From Amoebidium appalachense (Eukaryota; Protista; Ichthyosporea), in the NCBI GenBank assembly GCA_963693365.1, contig CAVNZM010000001.1, positions 7,208,907 through 7,272,906 of the forward strand: DNA of 64,000 bases, given 5' to 3'. Below, piece by piece: positions 63,992 through 64,000 of the stretch. Numbering within the stretch: the stretch's first letter is position 1; every line of letters begins with the position of its first letter. The translations under genes were made by a program, and so were the position numbers. Below the pieces are notes generated by a model. That model ran no database searches. It was not told the origin of the DNA and was given only the letters and a program-made list of their open reading frames with translations.

Positions 63992-64000
63992 CGAGGGGGG

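Overview
Intron-rich eukaryotic DNA whose introns and intergenic spaces are packed with poly-G/poly-C runs and (CA)n/(GA)n microsatellites, so almost all of the ORF track is low-complexity noise. A unicellular opisthokont/holozoan source is my inference only. Splicing GT-AG exons by hand gives five genes: (1) a CPA1 Na+/H+ exchanger (minus, ~4111-16084); (2) a disabled ankyrin-repeat + Pelle/IRAK-like kinase gene (plus, ~20571-28102) with an upstream decayed duplicate exon; (3) a coiled-coil protein that resembles CCDC172 from memory (minus, ~29100-39194); (4) a secreted Pro-rich/EGF-like/ricin-B lectin protein (plus, 41357-43213); (5) a DDX24/MAK5 DEAD-box helicase (minus, 47615 to beyond the window end). 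Mobile DNA includes a hAT-type MITE with an 8-bp TSD, a TTAA-flanked long-TIR MITE, a LINE RT fragment and a basic-region ORF nested in a DDX24 intron. The most notable unexplained signal is a dispersed ~210-250 nt intronic repeat family (6 copies plus 2 short fragments, all in the same orientation). It shows co-varying nested stems plus a pseudoknot, hammerhead-core-like motifs (CUGANGA, GUCGAAAC) in a non-standard order, and a 3' end that abuts a C-run.
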